Positions 63,282-64,000 of a stretch of DNA of 64,000 bases are shown piece by piece (the first letter of the stretch is position 1; every line of letters begins with the position of its first letter). This DNA comes from Haplodiscus bocki (lineage: Eukaryota): positions 84,568,001 to 84,632,000 of the forward strand of contig OZ296656.1 of NCBI GenBank assembly GCA_965655095.1, in the 5' to 3' direction. Both the position numbers and the translations under genes were made by a program. The notes beneath the pieces are model-generated. The model saw only the letters and a list, made by a program, of their open reading frames with translations, was not told where the DNA came from and ran no database searches.

Positions 63282-63299
63282 TTAATAAACAAAACAATT

Positions 63300-63490
63300 G
63301 AACAGAACAGAACAGAACAATTCACTTATACACTGAACAGAACAATCCATATTAAACAGATCAGAACAGAACAGAACAGATCATAATAAACAGAACAGAT
63401 CATAATAAACAGAACAGTTCACATTAAACAGAACAGAACAGTTAACAGCTATTTGTAACAGAACAGAACAGAACAGTTAATATTGAACAT
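63300..63490 (+). repeat. Imperfect (AACAG)n microsatellite in a Polinton intergenic region
   Basis: About 20 AACAG/AGAAC units directly visible. Confidence 0.9.
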
Positions 63491-63567
63491 AAACGATTTT
63501 TAAGTTCTAGGTTGTAATTTTAATTTATTATGACTAAAAAAGTTTATTTTTATTCTTATGTTCATAT

Positions 63568-64000
63568 TCATAAAAAAGATTCATTTTTATTTTCATCAAC
63601 ATATTTAGTAAAAATATTACACAAACTATCAAATTCAGTTTTATCGATTACATTATCTTGTAATGTTTTCCTGTATAATTTATCAAAAGATTTAATAGTA
63701 TTTTGATCTCTTTCATATTGTTTTTTATATTTATAGTATCTGTTTATGATTAATTTATGTAATATTTTGTTACCTAATGATAAAGTACAGGCAATACCAG
63801 CTGATTTTGGTAAAATGATCAAACCAACATCAGTAAATGATAGAGTTATCGAAGTTGATGTTGCTCCGATGTTAACGATACTGTCTACTGATTCTAGTAC
63901 TATGTTTAGAGTTTTAAAATTTTTTTATCTCTTTTTTGATTTATTGCTTTTGTCTTTGAAGTATGCAATCATTTCTTTAATGTTGTTGATATGGTTATTA
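63568..64000 (-). CDS. Polinton predicted membrane protein (5' end beyond the window)
   Basis: Frame open from the window edge: YFKDKSNKSKKRYKNFK, then hydrophobic TLNIVLESVDSIVNIGATSTSITLSFTDVGLIILPKSAGIACTLSLG, then a charged helix. Confidence 0.7.

Larger units (their letters stand above)
54265..64000. mobile_element. Polinton/Maverick (adintovirus-like) endogenous dsDNA element, degenerating; left boundary approximate, runs off the right edge
   Basis: pPolB, rve integrase, jelly-roll major capsid protein and A32/FtsK-type ATPase occur together in an intronless block that is visibly more AT-rich than its flanks. Confidence 0.95.

Overview
AT-rich metazoan (invertebrate) genomic DNA with four zones. 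(1) 1-~16200: the edge of a satellite array of ~64 monomers descended from a ~281-bp unit, with 1038-bp and ~3765-bp higher-order repeats and a diverged rim, followed by older decayed repeats. (2) 25678-33361: four minus-strand coding exons of Integrator subunit 3 (INTS3). The C-terminal half is not visible in the window, so the satellite may lie inside a giant INTS3 intron. (3) 34269-49900: a transposon nest made of an intact hAT element with 8-bp TSD, a full-length LINE split by a second full-length LINE, and decayed LINEs. (4) ~54265-64000: a degenerating Polinton/adintovirus-type element with pPolB, integrase, major capsid protein and packaging ATPase. The most unusual signal is in the two nested, divergent LINEs. 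Both have ORF2 in frame behind ORF1, separated by a single UGA in a recognised readthrough context (UGA-CUA; UGA-CAA-CCA), with no AUG before the endonuclease domain. Both carry the identical 14-nt leader AACTTATTAAATAG, a candidate spliced leader or conserved initiator. One copy also preserves a 39-bp 5' snap-back. All calls were made by eye; no searches were run.
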